This document shows, piece by piece, positions 39,111-47,952 of a stretch of 64,000 nt of DNA. The notes under the pieces were generated by a model. The model ran no database searches. It saw nothing but the letters and a program-made list of their open reading frames with translations, and was not told where the DNA came from. A program made the position numbers and the translations under genes. How positions within the stretch are numbered: the stretch's first letter is position 1; each line of letters opens with the position of its first letter. The DNA comes from an uncultured Anaerolineaceae bacterium (GTDB lineage: Bacteria; Chloroflexota; Anaerolineae; Aggregatilineales; Phototrophicaceae), in the NCBI GenBank assembly GCA_964632725.1, contig CAZWCV010000002.1, positions 17,317 to 81,316 of the forward strand, read 5' to 3'.

Positions 39111-40229
39111 ATGAGTGATGCAAACAATGCAGTTCTGCAGCGCGCGTATGAACTGATCGAAGCTGACCAACTGGAACAAGCGCAAGAGTTGCTGGCGCCG
39201 CTGCTGGAAACGGATGCCAAGAACCCGGCGCTGTGGTGGGTGTATTCGCACGCGCTGCGCGATCGCTCAATCGGGCAATTGGCGCTTGATCGCGTGTTGG
39301 AATTGGATCCAGCATATCCCGGCGCCAGCGAGCTCAAAGACGATGTGCTGGAGATACAGTCGAGAGATCCGGACTTTCTGGCGATAGATGGCCTTGAGAG
39401 CATATCCGCGCAAACCGCAGTGGACTCCCAGGGCGCCATTGATGATTGGGATGACCTGCAGTTTGAGAGCGCGGACGATGGCGGATCGTCGGGCGGTCGT
39501 CAGGGCGCGGTAATACTTGCTGTCGTCCTGTTCATTGTCGCGGCGGGGATAGCGCTCGTCGCCTCCGATACCATTGATATTGCCGAGATTTTGTCGGGAA
39601 TCCTGCCGTCGCCCGAAGCGGAGATCATAGTCGTTTCAGCGCCGACAGCCGGACCGGCAGCCTCAGCAACCGGCGCCAGCGAGTCGACGCCCGAATACAC
39701 GGCGGAAGCCACCGCGCCGCCGACGGACCTGGCGACCGTGGAGACAACTATGGAGTCGAATGCGGAAGCCGCGGCCGATCAAGAGACAGCGGCCGCTACG
39801 CAGGCGCCGACCGCAGCATCGACCGATGCGGCGACCACTGCGGTCGAGCTCAGCCCGGCGCCGGACGAGACGTCAACTCCGCTGTCGGAATTTGTCGGCG
39901 CTGTGGCGGATAGCATCAGTGACTTTGAAGTCGACCGCCGCGCCAGCGCAGTACACAGCACAGAACTGGGCGATACGATTGTCATCCAGATCTGTGCCGT
40001 GCCCGGCCTCGAATTCAACGCCCGGCTGAATCAAGTCATCAATACGATGGTTGACCAGGCCGACCTAATCCCCGAAGATACCGAGGCGGTCGCCGCCGGT
40101 TTACTGAATTGCGATGACGACAGCGCCAGTTTGCGAATCATTGGCGTTTCGGTGGACGTCGTTCAGCAATACCTGGACGAAGCCATCGACGCCAAAGAAT
40201 TCCAGCGCGCCTGGCAGCCCTTGTCATGA
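39111..40229 (+). CDS. hypothetical membrane-anchored protein: TPR-like N-domain, one TM helix, Ala/Thr/Glu-rich linker, C-terminal globular domain
   Basis: 372 aa. MSDANNAVLQRAYELIEADQLEQAQELL...NPALWWVY is TPR-like. The TM segment is AVILAVVLFIVAAGIALV. A low-complexity region spans about 39640-39880. Confidence 0.6.
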   Translation: MSDANNAVLQRAYELIEADQLEQAQELLAPLLETDAKNPALWWVYSHALRDRSIGQLALDRVLELDPAYPGASELKDDVLEIQSRDPDFLAIDGLESISAQTAVDSQGAIDDWDDLQFESADDGGSSGGRQGAVILAVVLFIVAAGIALVASDTIDIAEILSGILPSPEAEIIVVSAPTAGPAASATGASESTPEYTAEATAPPTDLATVETTMESNAEAAADQETAAATQAPTAASTDAATTAVELSPAPDETSTPLSEFVGAVADSISDFEVDRRASAVHSTELGDTIVIQICAVPGLEFNARLNQVINTMVDQADLIPEDTEAVAAGLLNCDDDSASLRIIGVSVDVVQQYLDEAIDAKEFQRAWQPLS

Positions 40230-40302
40230 ATCTTGCGCCAATGGCATAGATTATCGCGCTTGCCCGTTGCCGGGACGCAGGTCGCCCCATATCATAGGCG
40301 TC

Positions 40303-40758
40303 ATGAGCAGCCGAAAAGTAATCGCCAAGAATCGCAAGGCCAACCGCGACTATCACATCACGGACCGATATGATGCCGGGCTGGTGCTGCTTGGCTCCGA
40401 AATCAAGTCGATACGCAATCACAACGTCAGCATTGGCGATGGCTACGTTCAAGAGCGGGATCAGGAACTGTGGCTGCTGAATACGCATATCGCACCGTAC
40501 AAGGACGCGCGCAACTTCGGCCACAGCGATCCGCGCCGGCCGCGCAAGCTGCTGCTGCATCGCCGCGAAATCAACCGGATTATCACCAGGCTGCGCGAAA
40601 ACGGCATGACCGCCATTCCGCTGCAGGTTTATCTTGAACGCGGTCGCGCCAAAGTCGAGATCGGCGTCGCCCGCGGCAAGCGACAGTATGACAAGCGCGC
40701 AGATTTGGCCAGGCGCGACGCCAACCGCCAGATCGAACGCGCCTTGAAGGAACGCTAG
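40303..40758 (+). CDS. smpB: SsrA-binding protein SmpB
   Basis: IAKNRKANRDYHI...LLGSEIKSIR...RPRKLLLHRREI is the classic SmpB pattern. ATG at 40303 is chosen. Confidence 0.93.
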   Translation: MSSRKVIAKNRKANRDYHITDRYDAGLVLLGSEIKSIRNHNVSIGDGYVQERDQELWLLNTHIAPYKDARNFGHSDPRRPRKLLLHRREINRIITRLRENGMTAIPLQVYLERGRAKVEIGVARGKRQYDKRADLARRDANRQIERALKER

Positions 40759-40775
40759 GGCAGGCAGGATTATCG

Positions 40776-40804
40776 TTGTAGCGTCCGCAGCGCGGTGCTA
40801 AAAT
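40776..40804 (+). promoter_or_regulatory. putative extended -10 promoter upstream of trpS (TTGTAG-17 nt-TGcTAAAAT)
   Basis: The -35 hexamer is at 40776-40781, TG at 40796-40797 and the -10 hexamer at 40799-40804. Confidence 0.4.
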
Positions 40805-40844
40805 CTTCGCGTCTTATTTACGCCAGCGCAACCAGGGAGTGATG

Positions 40845-41864
40845 ATGGCTGAGCTTACCAACAGCAGACCGCGCGTGCTTTCCGGCATTCAGCCCTCGGG
40901 AAACCTGACCATCGGCAATTATCTGGGCGCGCTCAAACAGTGGGTGGAAGTCCAGAGCGACTATGACTGCTTCTACTGCGTGGTGGACTTGCACGCGATT
41001 ACCGCCGAGCAAGACCCGACCGAGCTCCGCAGCAAGACGCGCGAAAGCGCCGCTATGTACATCGCCGCCGGCATCGACCCGGAAGTCTCGACGGTATTTG
41101 TGCAGTCGCATGTGCCGGCCCATTCCGAATTGGCCTGGATGTTGACTTGTATGGCGCCGCTGGGCTGGCTGAACCGCATGACGCAATTCAAAGACAAATC
41201 GGCCCGGCAGGCGCAGGAGTCCATCGGCGCGGGCTTGCTGAATTATCCCAGCTTGATGGCCGCCGATATTCTGCTGTATCACGCCGAACTGGTTCCGGTC
41301 GGCGATGACCAGCGCCAGCATCTGGAATTCACCCGCGACCTGGCGCAGCGCTTCAATCACCTTTATGGCGATACATTTACCTTGCCCTCGGTGATGACGC
41401 CCAAGGCCGGCGCCCGCGTCATGGGCCTGGATAATCCTACCGCCAAAATGTCCAAAAGCGACGACTCGGAGAATCACGCTGTCTACCTGCTGGATGATCT
41501 CTCGAAGGCGCGCAAAAAGATCATGCGCGCCGTAACCGACTCGCAGCGCGAGATCCGCTTCAGCGACGAACGCGAGCGCGCCGGCGTGAATAACTTGCTG
41601 ACGATTTATCAGGCCATCACCGGCGAATCACGCGAAGTGATCGAATCGCATTTTGCCGGCAAGGGTTACGGCGACCTCAAGCGCGGCGTCGCGGATTGCG
41701 TCGTGGCCACGCTGGAACCGCTGCAAGCCCGTTACAACGAATTGATGAACGAGGCCGGCTACCTGGATTCCGTGCTCAAGGTTGGGCGCGAAAAAGCCGC
41801 CGACATCGCCGAAGATACGCTCAAACTGGCGCAAGAGCGGATTGGATTTCTGGCGCCGTCTTGA
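40845..41864 (+). CDS. trpS: tryptophan--tRNA ligase
   Basis: SGIQPSGNLTIGNYLG (HIGH-region equivalent) and KMSKS are present. AGGGAG at 40834-40839 favours ATG at 40845; the ORF is also open from 40839. Confidence 0.95.
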   Translation: MAELTNSRPRVLSGIQPSGNLTIGNYLGALKQWVEVQSDYDCFYCVVDLHAITAEQDPTELRSKTRESAAMYIAAGIDPEVSTVFVQSHVPAHSELAWMLTCMAPLGWLNRMTQFKDKSARQAQESIGAGLLNYPSLMAADILLYHAELVPVGDDQRQHLEFTRDLAQRFNHLYGDTFTLPSVMTPKAGARVMGLDNPTAKMSKSDDSENHAVYLLDDLSKARKKIMRAVTDSQREIRFSDERERAGVNNLLTIYQAITGESREVIESHFAGKGYGDLKRGVADCVVATLEPLQARYNELMNEAGYLDSVLKVGREKAADIAEDTLKLAQERIGFLAPS

Positions 41865-41889
41865 CCGGCCAGGCAAAATTGTCTAAAAT
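41861..41889 (+). promoter_or_regulatory. putative promoter of tRNA-Glu (TTGACC-17 nt-TAAAAT)
   Basis: The -35 hexamer at 41861-41866 overlaps the trpS stop. The -10 hexamer is at 41884-41889, and the tRNA starts 10 nt later. Confidence 0.55.
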
Positions 41890-41898
41890 AATCGACAA

Positions 41899-41971
41899 GC
41901 CCCATTCGTCTAGCGGCCCAGGACGTGGCCCTCTCAAGGCCAAAACAGGAGTTCGAGTCTCCTATGGGGCA
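41899..41971 (+). tRNA. tRNA-Glu (anticodon CUC)
   Basis: 73-nt cloverleaf. The acceptor pairs GCCCCAT with ATGGGGC, followed by A. The anticodon stem pairs TGGCC with GGCCA around the loop CTCTCAA. The T-arm is AGGAGTTCGAGTCTCCT. No CCA is encoded. Confidence 0.9.
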
Positions 41972-41974
41972 CAA

Positions 41975-42009
41975 GAGCCTCAGTCCTCGATTGGCTGAGG
42001 CTTTTCTCT
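41975..42009 (+). terminator. rho-independent terminator after tRNA-Glu
   Basis: An 8-bp stem pairs AGCCTCAG (41976-41983) with CTGAGGCT (41995-42002) around an 11-nt loop. TTTC follows. Confidence 0.6.
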
Positions 42010-42042
42010 ACCGTCAACAAAGGCGGACATGACCAGGCGATT

Positions 42043-42444
42043 ATGCCAATGCAAACGATCATCGCAACCAGCCGAAAGACAGAAGTGCTGGATGTAACCG
42101 CGGCCTGCCATTCCCTGATCGGAATGACAGAAAATGGCGTGGCGGTCTTTAATGTGCTCCATACAACCGCAGCCCTTCTAGTTGGTGAAAGCGAAGGCGA
42201 TCTCTTCGACGACATAGAGCGCGTGGCGGAAAGCCTGCTGTCAGACCTGGGTCCTTCCCAGCACGGTAGGCACAGCAATCCCAATGCCGAAGCGCATATT
42301 CTTGGCGCCTTCGGTGCTTCGTCATTGAGTCTGCCAATTGTTGACGGCAAACTGCTCCTGGGCGCGTGGCAGCGGATTTTGCTCCTGAAACTGGATGGGC
42401 CGAAGCGGCGCAAACTGGTCTGTACGACTGTTCCCTGCGCTTAG
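42043..42444 (+). CDS. yjbQ: YjbQ/UPF0047 family protein (secondary thiamine-phosphate synthase-like)
   Basis: 133 aa. It contains VFNVLHTTAALLVGE, NPNAEAHILGAF and GAWQRILLLKLDGP, typical of UPF0047. Confidence 0.8.
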   Translation: MPMQTIIATSRKTEVLDVTAACHSLIGMTENGVAVFNVLHTTAALLVGESEGDLFDDIERVAESLLSDLGPSQHGRHSNPNAEAHILGAFGASSLSLPIVDGKLLLGAWQRILLLKLDGPKRRKLVCTTVPCA

Positions 42445-42612
42445 TCGCTGGGTTGGCGGCATAGCGCTTTCGCCAAGTCAGCCAATTGGGGGCATCCATT
42501 ACAAGCGGCACTTAACCCTATAGAAACAGATGTATAAAGAGTTAAAGTTGCTCTATCCCTTATTCCACCCGCGATCCCCCCTTGTCGCGCGAAACCAACC
42601 AAAGGCGCCGCT

Positions 42613-43245
42613 GTGTCGAAATCCGCGTCAGCCATGAACCCGCCCTACTTGATTCCGGCCGAGTCGGCCCGCAGCGAGATCATCATCAAGAAGTCTCGCT
42701 TCGTCACGACGGTCAGCCTGGCCCAGACGGTCGACCAGGCCCGCGAGGTCATCACCGCGTCGCGGGCAGAGTTCCCCAAGGTCAATCACCATGTTTACGC
42801 CTTCCGCGTCGGTTTCGGGCAAACCGTCACGGAGGGCATGAGCGATGACGGCGAGCCGAGCGGTACCGCCGGCCGCCCGACTTTGGCGGTTCTGCGCGGC
42901 TCGGGTATCGGCGATATCGTGTTGGTGACGGTTCGCTTTTTTGGCGGCATCAAGCTGGGCACGGGCGGGCTCGTGCGGGCTTATACCGAGTCCGCTCAAG
43001 AGGCGCTGGCTCACTTGCAGTCGGAGTTCAAGGTTGACAGACTGGTGGTCGGCATCGAAATGCCCTACTCCTTCTACAAAACCGCCAAGCTGCTAATCGG
43101 CGCGCATGGCGGCGTGATTGAGGACGAAACCTTTGACGCGCAAGTTTTGGTGATCGCCCGGTTTGCCGCGCCGGACCTGTCGCGTTTCGGCGCCGAGCTG
43201 TCGGATCGCAGCGCCGGGCAAGTCAACCCTGTCGTCCTGGACTGA
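42613..43245 (+). CDS. yigZ: YigZ / IMPACT-family (UPF0029) protein
   Basis: IIIKKSRFVTTV, NHHVYAFRVG, DDGEPSGTAGRP and VTVRFFGGIKLGTGGLVRAY are present. The start is GTG at 42613 (AAAGG upstream) or ATG at 42634. Confidence 0.85.
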   Translation: MSKSASAMNPPYLIPAESARSEIIIKKSRFVTTVSLAQTVDQAREVITASRAEFPKVNHHVYAFRVGFGQTVTEGMSDDGEPSGTAGRPTLAVLRGSGIGDIVLVTVRFFGGIKLGTGGLVRAYTESAQEALAHLQSEFKVDRLVVGIEMPYSFYKTAKLLIGAHGGVIEDETFDAQVLVIARFAAPDLSRFGAELSDRSAGQVNPVVLD

Positions 43246-43247
43246 GC

Positions 43248-45260
43248 TCACTGCGCCATTTTCTGCGCTACCAGGTGGCGCACCCGCCAAATGGCGCGAT
43301 GAGACGGGGCGATGGTTTCCGCGCGAACAATAAATGGCCGGGCATCCTCCAACTGATCATTGGCGATGAGATAATTGGCCATCTGCGCCAGGAGGTGGAT
43401 ATCACTGGGAAAGGCGTCCAGGCCGGCGTTGAGTCGGCCGATCGCCTGTTCGCGTTCGCCTTGCGTCCATAGAATACGCGCCAGCCCCAACTCGATTTGC
43501 GGCGCGTCCCCCGCGCGCTGCCTGGCGTCATTGAGCACTTCCTGCGCGCTTTCAAGGTCTTGCCATGACAGGTAGCAGCGGGATAGCGCGATGTAGAGAT
43601 CAACCATGCCTGGCGCGATGTCGACGGCGCGCTCCAGCGCATCGACCTGCTCTTCCGTAACCTGGCTGTTGCTGCCGAGCAGCAGCTTGATCTCAGCAAA
43701 CGAGGCTTCAAACCCCGGCAGCTTCGCGCTGAGTTCAAGCCGTTGAAGCTCGATTTCCAGCAAGTCGTCCAATTCGGCCAGCTGCGCGCGGCAGGCCTGA
43801 ACGGTTTCAGTGGCGAGCGCATGATCTTCGTCCGCCAAAGCCAATTGCGCCAGGAAGACATGGGCATAGGGATTGGCGTCGGTAGCGTCCTTGAGAACAT
43901 CGTAGGCGCGATCATGATCGGGCAAATCCAGCAGGCGATCAATGATGTCGCCGGCATATTCTCCATGCGTATCATTGCGCGCCAGACGCTCAAAGTAGCT
44001 CCATAGCGCCGCGTCGCCCAGATCAATCATGTATGTCAGCGCCAGCTGCAGCGCGCGCAGGTTTTCCGGCGCCAGCTCCAAATGCGACTTCAGCGCCTGC
44101 GCAATCTCGGCCGGGATCTGCTCCGCTTCGTCGAGTTCTTCGGGATCCACCAGGAGCAAAGCTTCAACTTCCCACTCGTGGGATTCCGCGTTTATGAGAA
44201 TCTGGGCATATTGCCAATAAAGGGCGGGATGCTCCACTCCGCTCTCGAGCGCGCGTTGGCAGGTATCGATGGCGCTCGGTATCTGCCCCGCATCCAATTG
44301 AATCTCGATCGCGCGGCTCCACACACCGGCGCCGACTTCCCGGTCCAGGTACTGCTCTACTAGGTCGATGGCGCTTCCGCTGAAGCCCAGGTTGGCTATC
44401 CCGTCGGCCGCGGCCGCCGCCCCCGCCGCTGAGCGCGCGTCAGTAGCAAACACCTGTGGAATCTCCGGCAATAGCGCCTCGCCCAGGTCCGCCATTCCCG
44501 CCTGCATGACCTGCGCTGTCATCATGCCCAGGCACCAGTCGGCGAATTCGCTGTCGCCGGCAGCGCCTAATTCGGCGACTTCGCGAAACTGTTCCAGCCG
44601 GTCTTCCTGCAGCCACTCGACATCCCAGAAGCTCAGATAAACATCCAGATTCCAGTAGAAAACTCCCTCCAGCAGGCGCGCCAAAGCCTGCTCATCATGG
44701 CCCGTTGACGTGTAATCCAGAATCGCCCGCTCATAATTCGGCCCGGCCAAGGCTTCGATCAGCTGCGTTGCTACACGCGGCAAGTCAAGCGCCGCCTCCG
44801 CCAGAGACTCGTATTGAAATGCGAATTCGCGCGGTTCGCGCTCATCATCCAGCAGACCACTGTCCAATAGCAGATCGAGCCTGTAGCCATCAGCATCAAC
44901 CTCAAGCCGGCCATAGAGCGCAACGTTGTCGGCCAGCCCTTCCAATTCCCAGTCGCCGATTTCAAATTGATAGTCGGATTCGGACATCTCACTGTTTGCG
45001 TCGTCGGCGTCAAATCTGGCGAAACAGCGATAGGTTTTCGTATCGGGATACTGCTCCAACAGGTACGCGAGGCAAGCGGCGAGCCCCATGGCGACATTCG
45101 GGGAAGGCGCGCAGATGATCGGATAGACGCTGATGCGGAACTGTTCCTCGGTTTCGACAGACTGCGCCAGGGCGGCTGCGCTGCCAAAGATCGATGTCGG
45201 CGCGCCCGCGTCCTGCACGCGCTTGCCAACTAATTTCATCCGTTCTACAGCGTCTGTCAT
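43248..45260 (-). CDS. large acidic TPR-repeat protein, hypothetical
   Basis: About 670 aa and rich in Asp/Glu/Leu/Ala. The C-terminal third shows TPR-like helical repeats (e.g. LESAQEVLNDARQRAGDAPQIELGLARILWTQGEREQAI). ATG at 45260 is preceded by GGAG; the track start at 45272 is TTG. Confidence 0.65.
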   Translation of the reverse strand: MTDAVERMKLVGKRVQDAGAPTSIFGSAAALAQSVETEEQFRISVYPIICAPSPNVAMGLAACLAYLLEQYPDTKTYRCFARFDADDANSEMSESDYQFEIGDWELEGLADNVALYGRLEVDADGYRLDLLLDSGLLDDEREPREFAFQYESLAEAALDLPRVATQLIEALAGPNYERAILDYTSTGHDEQALARLLEGVFYWNLDVYLSFWDVEWLQEDRLEQFREVAELGAAGDSEFADWCLGMMTAQVMQAGMADLGEALLPEIPQVFATDARSAAGAAAAADGIANLGFSGSAIDLVEQYLDREVGAGVWSRAIEIQLDAGQIPSAIDTCQRALESGVEHPALYWQYAQILINAESHEWEVEALLLVDPEELDEAEQIPAEIAQALKSHLELAPENLRALQLALTYMIDLGDAALWSYFERLARNDTHGEYAGDIIDRLLDLPDHDRAYDVLKDATDANPYAHVFLAQLALADEDHALATETVQACRAQLAELDDLLEIELQRLELSAKLPGFEASFAEIKLLLGSNSQVTEEQVDALERAVDIAPGMVDLYIALSRCYLSWQDLESAQEVLNDARQRAGDAPQIELGLARILWTQGEREQAIGRLNAGLDAFPSDIHLLAQMANYLIANDQLEDARPFIVRAETIAPSHRAIWRVRHLVAQKMAQ

Positions 45261-45272
45261 TGGCTGCTCCAA

Positions 45273-45301
45273 TCAAAACACCCTGCCTTGTCGACAGGGT
45301 G
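45273..45301 (-). terminator. terminator-like hairpin between the SH3b gene and the TPR gene
   Basis: On the minus strand, CACCCTG and CAGGGTG form a 7-bp stem (45279-45285 with 45295-45301) around a 9-nt loop. TTTT follows (45275-45278). Confidence 0.45.
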
Positions 45302-45340
45302 TATTGTAAGTCTGAGAAGGTGAATTGAACAGAATCGCCC

Positions 45341-46456
45341 CTAACCGGCCAGCTGCACCTGGCTATAGTCGCCGCGGAAGGCAACGTAACGATTCCGCAG
45401 CCAGCCCCGCCCGAAGTCGCCTTCGACCAGGAACCATCTGCCGTCAGCCGATTTGCCGAGCACCGGCAGCGTCGTGCCGCCGGGCACGTCAGTTATGATG
45501 TTGTGACTGGTGCCGGGACCCATGCGGACGTTGAGATACGACGTGTTAACCACAGCGCGCGGCGTATCACCCTGCAGCGGGTCCTGGTTCTGATAGCGTT
45601 TGACGCCCGAGAAATCGCCGCGTCCAACCGTATAGCGGGAATTCACCCAGCCGTTGCCGGCGGTGGTAGCAACTTCATACCAGACGAGGCCCGGCGCGAT
45701 ACCCAGAGCCGGCAGCTTCGTGCCGCCCCGCACAGTCATTACGATGTCGTGACTGGCGCTTGGACCAGACCGTACGTTGAGGTACGACGTATTGACGACC
45801 AGGTGCGGCGTACCCTCCGGGATAGTCGGTTGGCCAGCCGGCACAGGGGCCGGCGCCGGGGCGCCCACGGTTGGCACCGCGGAGAAATCGCCGCGGCCCA
45901 CGGTGTAACGCGTATTGACCCAGCCATTGCCGGCGGAGGTCTTGACCTGGTACCACACTCGGCCATAGTCTCTCGCTACGACTGCCACCACTGTGCCGCC
46001 GGGCAGCGTTGTGAGGATGCTGTGACCGACGCCCGGTCCGGTCCGTACGTTCAGGTACGAAGTGTTTATGACGAGCCGAGCCGCGCTGCTCGTTGCATCA
46101 GCTGTGCCGCCGCCGAGGTTGGACGGCGCGCCCGCCCAGGGCACGCTCGAGAAGTCGCCCCGCGGCACGGCGTACGCCGAATGCAACCAACCCTTGCCGA
46201 AGTTGCCCGTGACCTCGTACCACTTGCGATCGACGGATAGCATCGTAACCGGGAACTCGGAGCCGCCGGGCACATCTGTTATTATTGCGTGGCCAACACC
46301 CGGGCCGGTGCGTACATTCAGCCTGTACGTATTGACGACTACGTGGGCGGTCGCGCCCTGGGCAACGGCTGCTAACGGAGACAGCGACAGCAAGAAAAGG
46401 CTTGTAATTAGCAGCAATATGTGAAACCTCATTATCCTGAGCATTCGGCCCTCCAA
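45341..46456 (-). CDS. secreted protein with four tandem bacterial SH3 (SH3b) domains
   Basis: 371 aa. A signal peptide is followed by four modules of about 70 aa, V(V/I)NTSYLNVR(T/S/M)GPG...GWV/L..RY.(V/A).RGD(F/Y)S. They are separated by Pro/Ala/Gly linkers. Confidence 0.8.
   Translation of the reverse strand: MEGRMLRIMRFHILLLITSLFLLSLSPLAAVAQGATAHVVVNTYRLNVRTGPGVGHAIITDVPGGSEFPVTMLSVDRKWYEVTGNFGKGWLHSAYAVPRGDFSSVPWAGAPSNLGGGTADATSSAARLVINTSYLNVRTGPGVGHSILTTLPGGTVVAVVARDYGRVWYQVKTSAGNGWVNTRYTVGRGDFSAVPTVGAPAPAPVPAGQPTIPEGTPHLVVNTSYLNVRSGPSASHDIVMTVRGGTKLPALGIAPGLVWYEVATTAGNGWVNSRYTVGRGDFSGVKRYQNQDPLQGDTPRAVVNTSYLNVRMGPGTSHNIITDVPGGTTLPVLGKSADGRWFLVEGDFGRGWLRNRYVAFRGDYSQVQLAG
45353..46345 (-). 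repeat. four intragenic tandem repeats (period about 82-91 codons) encoding the SH3b modules
   Basis: The modules start at residues 38, 127, 218 and 300 of the 371-aa product. NTSYLNVR and GRGDFS strings recur. Confidence 0.8.
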
Positions 46457-46667
46457 GACTTTGTCTGTACGTTGACTTGCGCTTGATTATCGTTTGTCAG
46501 TATAGTGTCCGTACCGTATACGGGCAAACGATATGTCGCCGAGTTTGCAAGCGTTTTCTGTTAAGTCGCGGCAGTGCTGGCGCTGGCTGCGCCAATTTGC
46601 GCTTAAGTGGTCAGCAAGTGTCCAGCGCGGAAGGAAGAAGTGTATCGCAGCTTTCCGCCAGGAAAAA

Positions 46668-46696
46668 TTGACACGCCGGTTTTAGTGTGCTAAAAT
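46668..46696 (+). promoter_or_regulatory. putative strong sigma70-type promoter (TTGACA-17 nt-TAAAAT) upstream of the Fe-S carrier gene
   Basis: The -35 hexamer is at 46668-46673 and the -10 hexamer at 46691-46696. The RBS AAGGAAGAAGGGG lies at 46711-46723. Confidence 0.55.
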
Positions 46697-46726
46697 TGCG
46701 TCAGGTCGCAAAGGAAGAAGGGGTTC

Positions 46727-47155
46727 ATGATGGTACTAGCCGAACAGCAGCCCGTTGAAGTGATGACAGATGATGCAATCTTGAATGTCACACCGGCGGC
46801 AGTTTCGATCATCCGCAATCTGCTGGAAGAACGCAATATTCCCAGTCATGCCTTACGCGTGTTTGTTACTGGCGGCGGCTGTTCCGGGCTGCAGTACGGC
46901 ATGGCGTTTCAGGAGATGCCGGAAGCAGGAGACACCGTCGTGAACAGCGACGGCGTACGACTGCTGGTTGACCCCACCAGCCTTGCGTATTTGCGCGGCG
47001 CGCGCATTGACTATGTGGACAGCCTGATTGGTGGAGGCTTCCAGATTGACAACCCCAATGCAGTCTCCAGTTGTGGTTGCGGGCACTCGTTCAAATCGGG
47101 CGAGGAGCAAGCTGCCGATGACAGCCAGGGCTGCGGTACTTGCTGCAGCTACTAG
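46727..47155 (+). CDS. HesB/IscA/ErpA-family iron-sulfur cluster insertion protein with Cys-rich C-terminal tail
   Basis: VFVTGGGCSGLQYGM and SCGCGHSF are the three conserved Cys positions. An extra 19-aa tail follows, ending GCGTCCSY. Confidence 0.85.
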   Translation: MMVLAEQQPVEVMTDDAILNVTPAAVSIIRNLLEERNIPSHALRVFVTGGGCSGLQYGMAFQEMPEAGDTVVNSDGVRLLVDPTSLAYLRGARIDYVDSLIGGGFQIDNPNAVSSCGCGHSFKSGEEQAADDSQGCGTCCSY

Positions 47156-47178
47156 GGACCTGACTGCCGGGCAATGAA

Positions 47179-47952
47179 CTAGCGTCTGATCGCGCTGATC
47201 AGAAGACCTAGAATTCCTAATCCCCCCAGGACCGCAATCGGCAAGATTGGCGGTATTTCCGGCAGCGAGTTCTGAATACCGGCCGCGAATTGGATTTGGT
47301 CAGCAATCGACGCCGGTGTGGGCGCCGGCCGCGTAAATGTCGGCAGCGCCGTTATTACGGCTAGCTCGACAGACTCGGCGGAATCGGCCTGAACGGTCGA
47401 AATTGCGATGGTGCGGTCGGCTGCTTCTGCGACGTTGCCCGACAGCAGATCAACTGCTTGGCCCGGTCGCTCGATGTCGGCTGCCGCCTCAACGACTTCT
47501 ATGAGCGAGCGGTCCCCGATGATTTCAACCAGATCGCCGTATACCCAGCCTCGTCCATTTGGCGACGCGTCGTAGCGGAATTCGTACCAGCGAAAATAGT
47601 TGCGCAAGACCTGGTATACCGTATCGTCGGCGATGATCCCCAGAATCTCGCTCTCCAGGCTCGGCAGCGCCCGAACGTTGATGTTTCCGGCTGTAGAGCG
47701 CGCGCGCAAGCGTACGGCTGGCGGCGGAGTTGGGCTGTCAGTCGGGGAGCTGGTCGCGGTAGGCGGCGCCTGGCCCTCCGGCGTCGGCGGTATGATCACC
47801 GCCGCTACGGGTGTGGCGGATGACCGCGCTTGCGCCAAAATCGGCATGGTCTCGCGCCATTGGCAAGCCAGGCAGGTCACGAGCAGGAGGATACGAAACA
47901 AAGTGCAACCTCGCGGAAAGACGCCCGGAATGACATCACCATGATATTTCAT
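47179..47952 (-). CDS. hypothetical protein with SH3b-like domain and C-terminal TM anchor
   Basis: 257 aa. A hydrophobic N-terminal signal is followed by a Pro/Thr-rich linker and NINVRALPSLESEILGII...GWVYGDLVEI (SH3b-like). The C-terminal segment reads PILPIAVLGGLGILGLLISAIRR. The start is uncertain and overlaps the upstream gene by 17 nt if taken at 47952. Confidence 0.55.
   Translation of the reverse strand: MKYHGDVIPGVFPRGCTLFRILLLVTCLACQWRETMPILAQARSSATPVAAVIIPPTPEGQAPPTATSSPTDSPTPPPAVRLRARSTAGNINVRALPSLESEILGIIADDTVYQVLRNYFRWYEFRYDASPNGRGWVYGDLVEIIGDRSLIEVVEAAADIERPGQAVDLLSGNVAEAADRTIAISTVQADSAESVELAVITALPTFTRPAPTPASIADQIQFAAGIQNSLPEIPPILPIAVLGGLGILGLLISAIRR

Noticed and set aside
40759-40844. 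Possible T-box leader upstream of trpS
   Set aside because: The intergenic region is only about 85 nt. That is too short for a T-box (about 200 nt or more), and no T-box consensus or specifier-loop architecture is visible.
38847-42009. tRNA-Leu and tRNA-Glu considered as integration sites of a genomic island
   Set aside because: There is no integrase, no direct repeat of the tRNA 3' ends, and no compositional break. The flanking genes (smpB, trpS, yjbQ, yigZ) are housekeeping.
42445-42612. AT-rich 168-bp gap before yigZ considered as an ncRNA or riboswitch
   Set aside because: I saw no convincing conserved-looking helices or known riboswitch motifs. It is more simply a promoter/UTR region. 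I could not support a specific call.
45353-46345. RGD tripeptide in all four SH3b modules, considered as an integrin-binding or adhesion motif
   Set aside because: The organism looks free-living and environmental. The RGD sits in a conserved strand-like context (GRGDFS), so it is more likely structural. There is no supporting evidence for host interaction.
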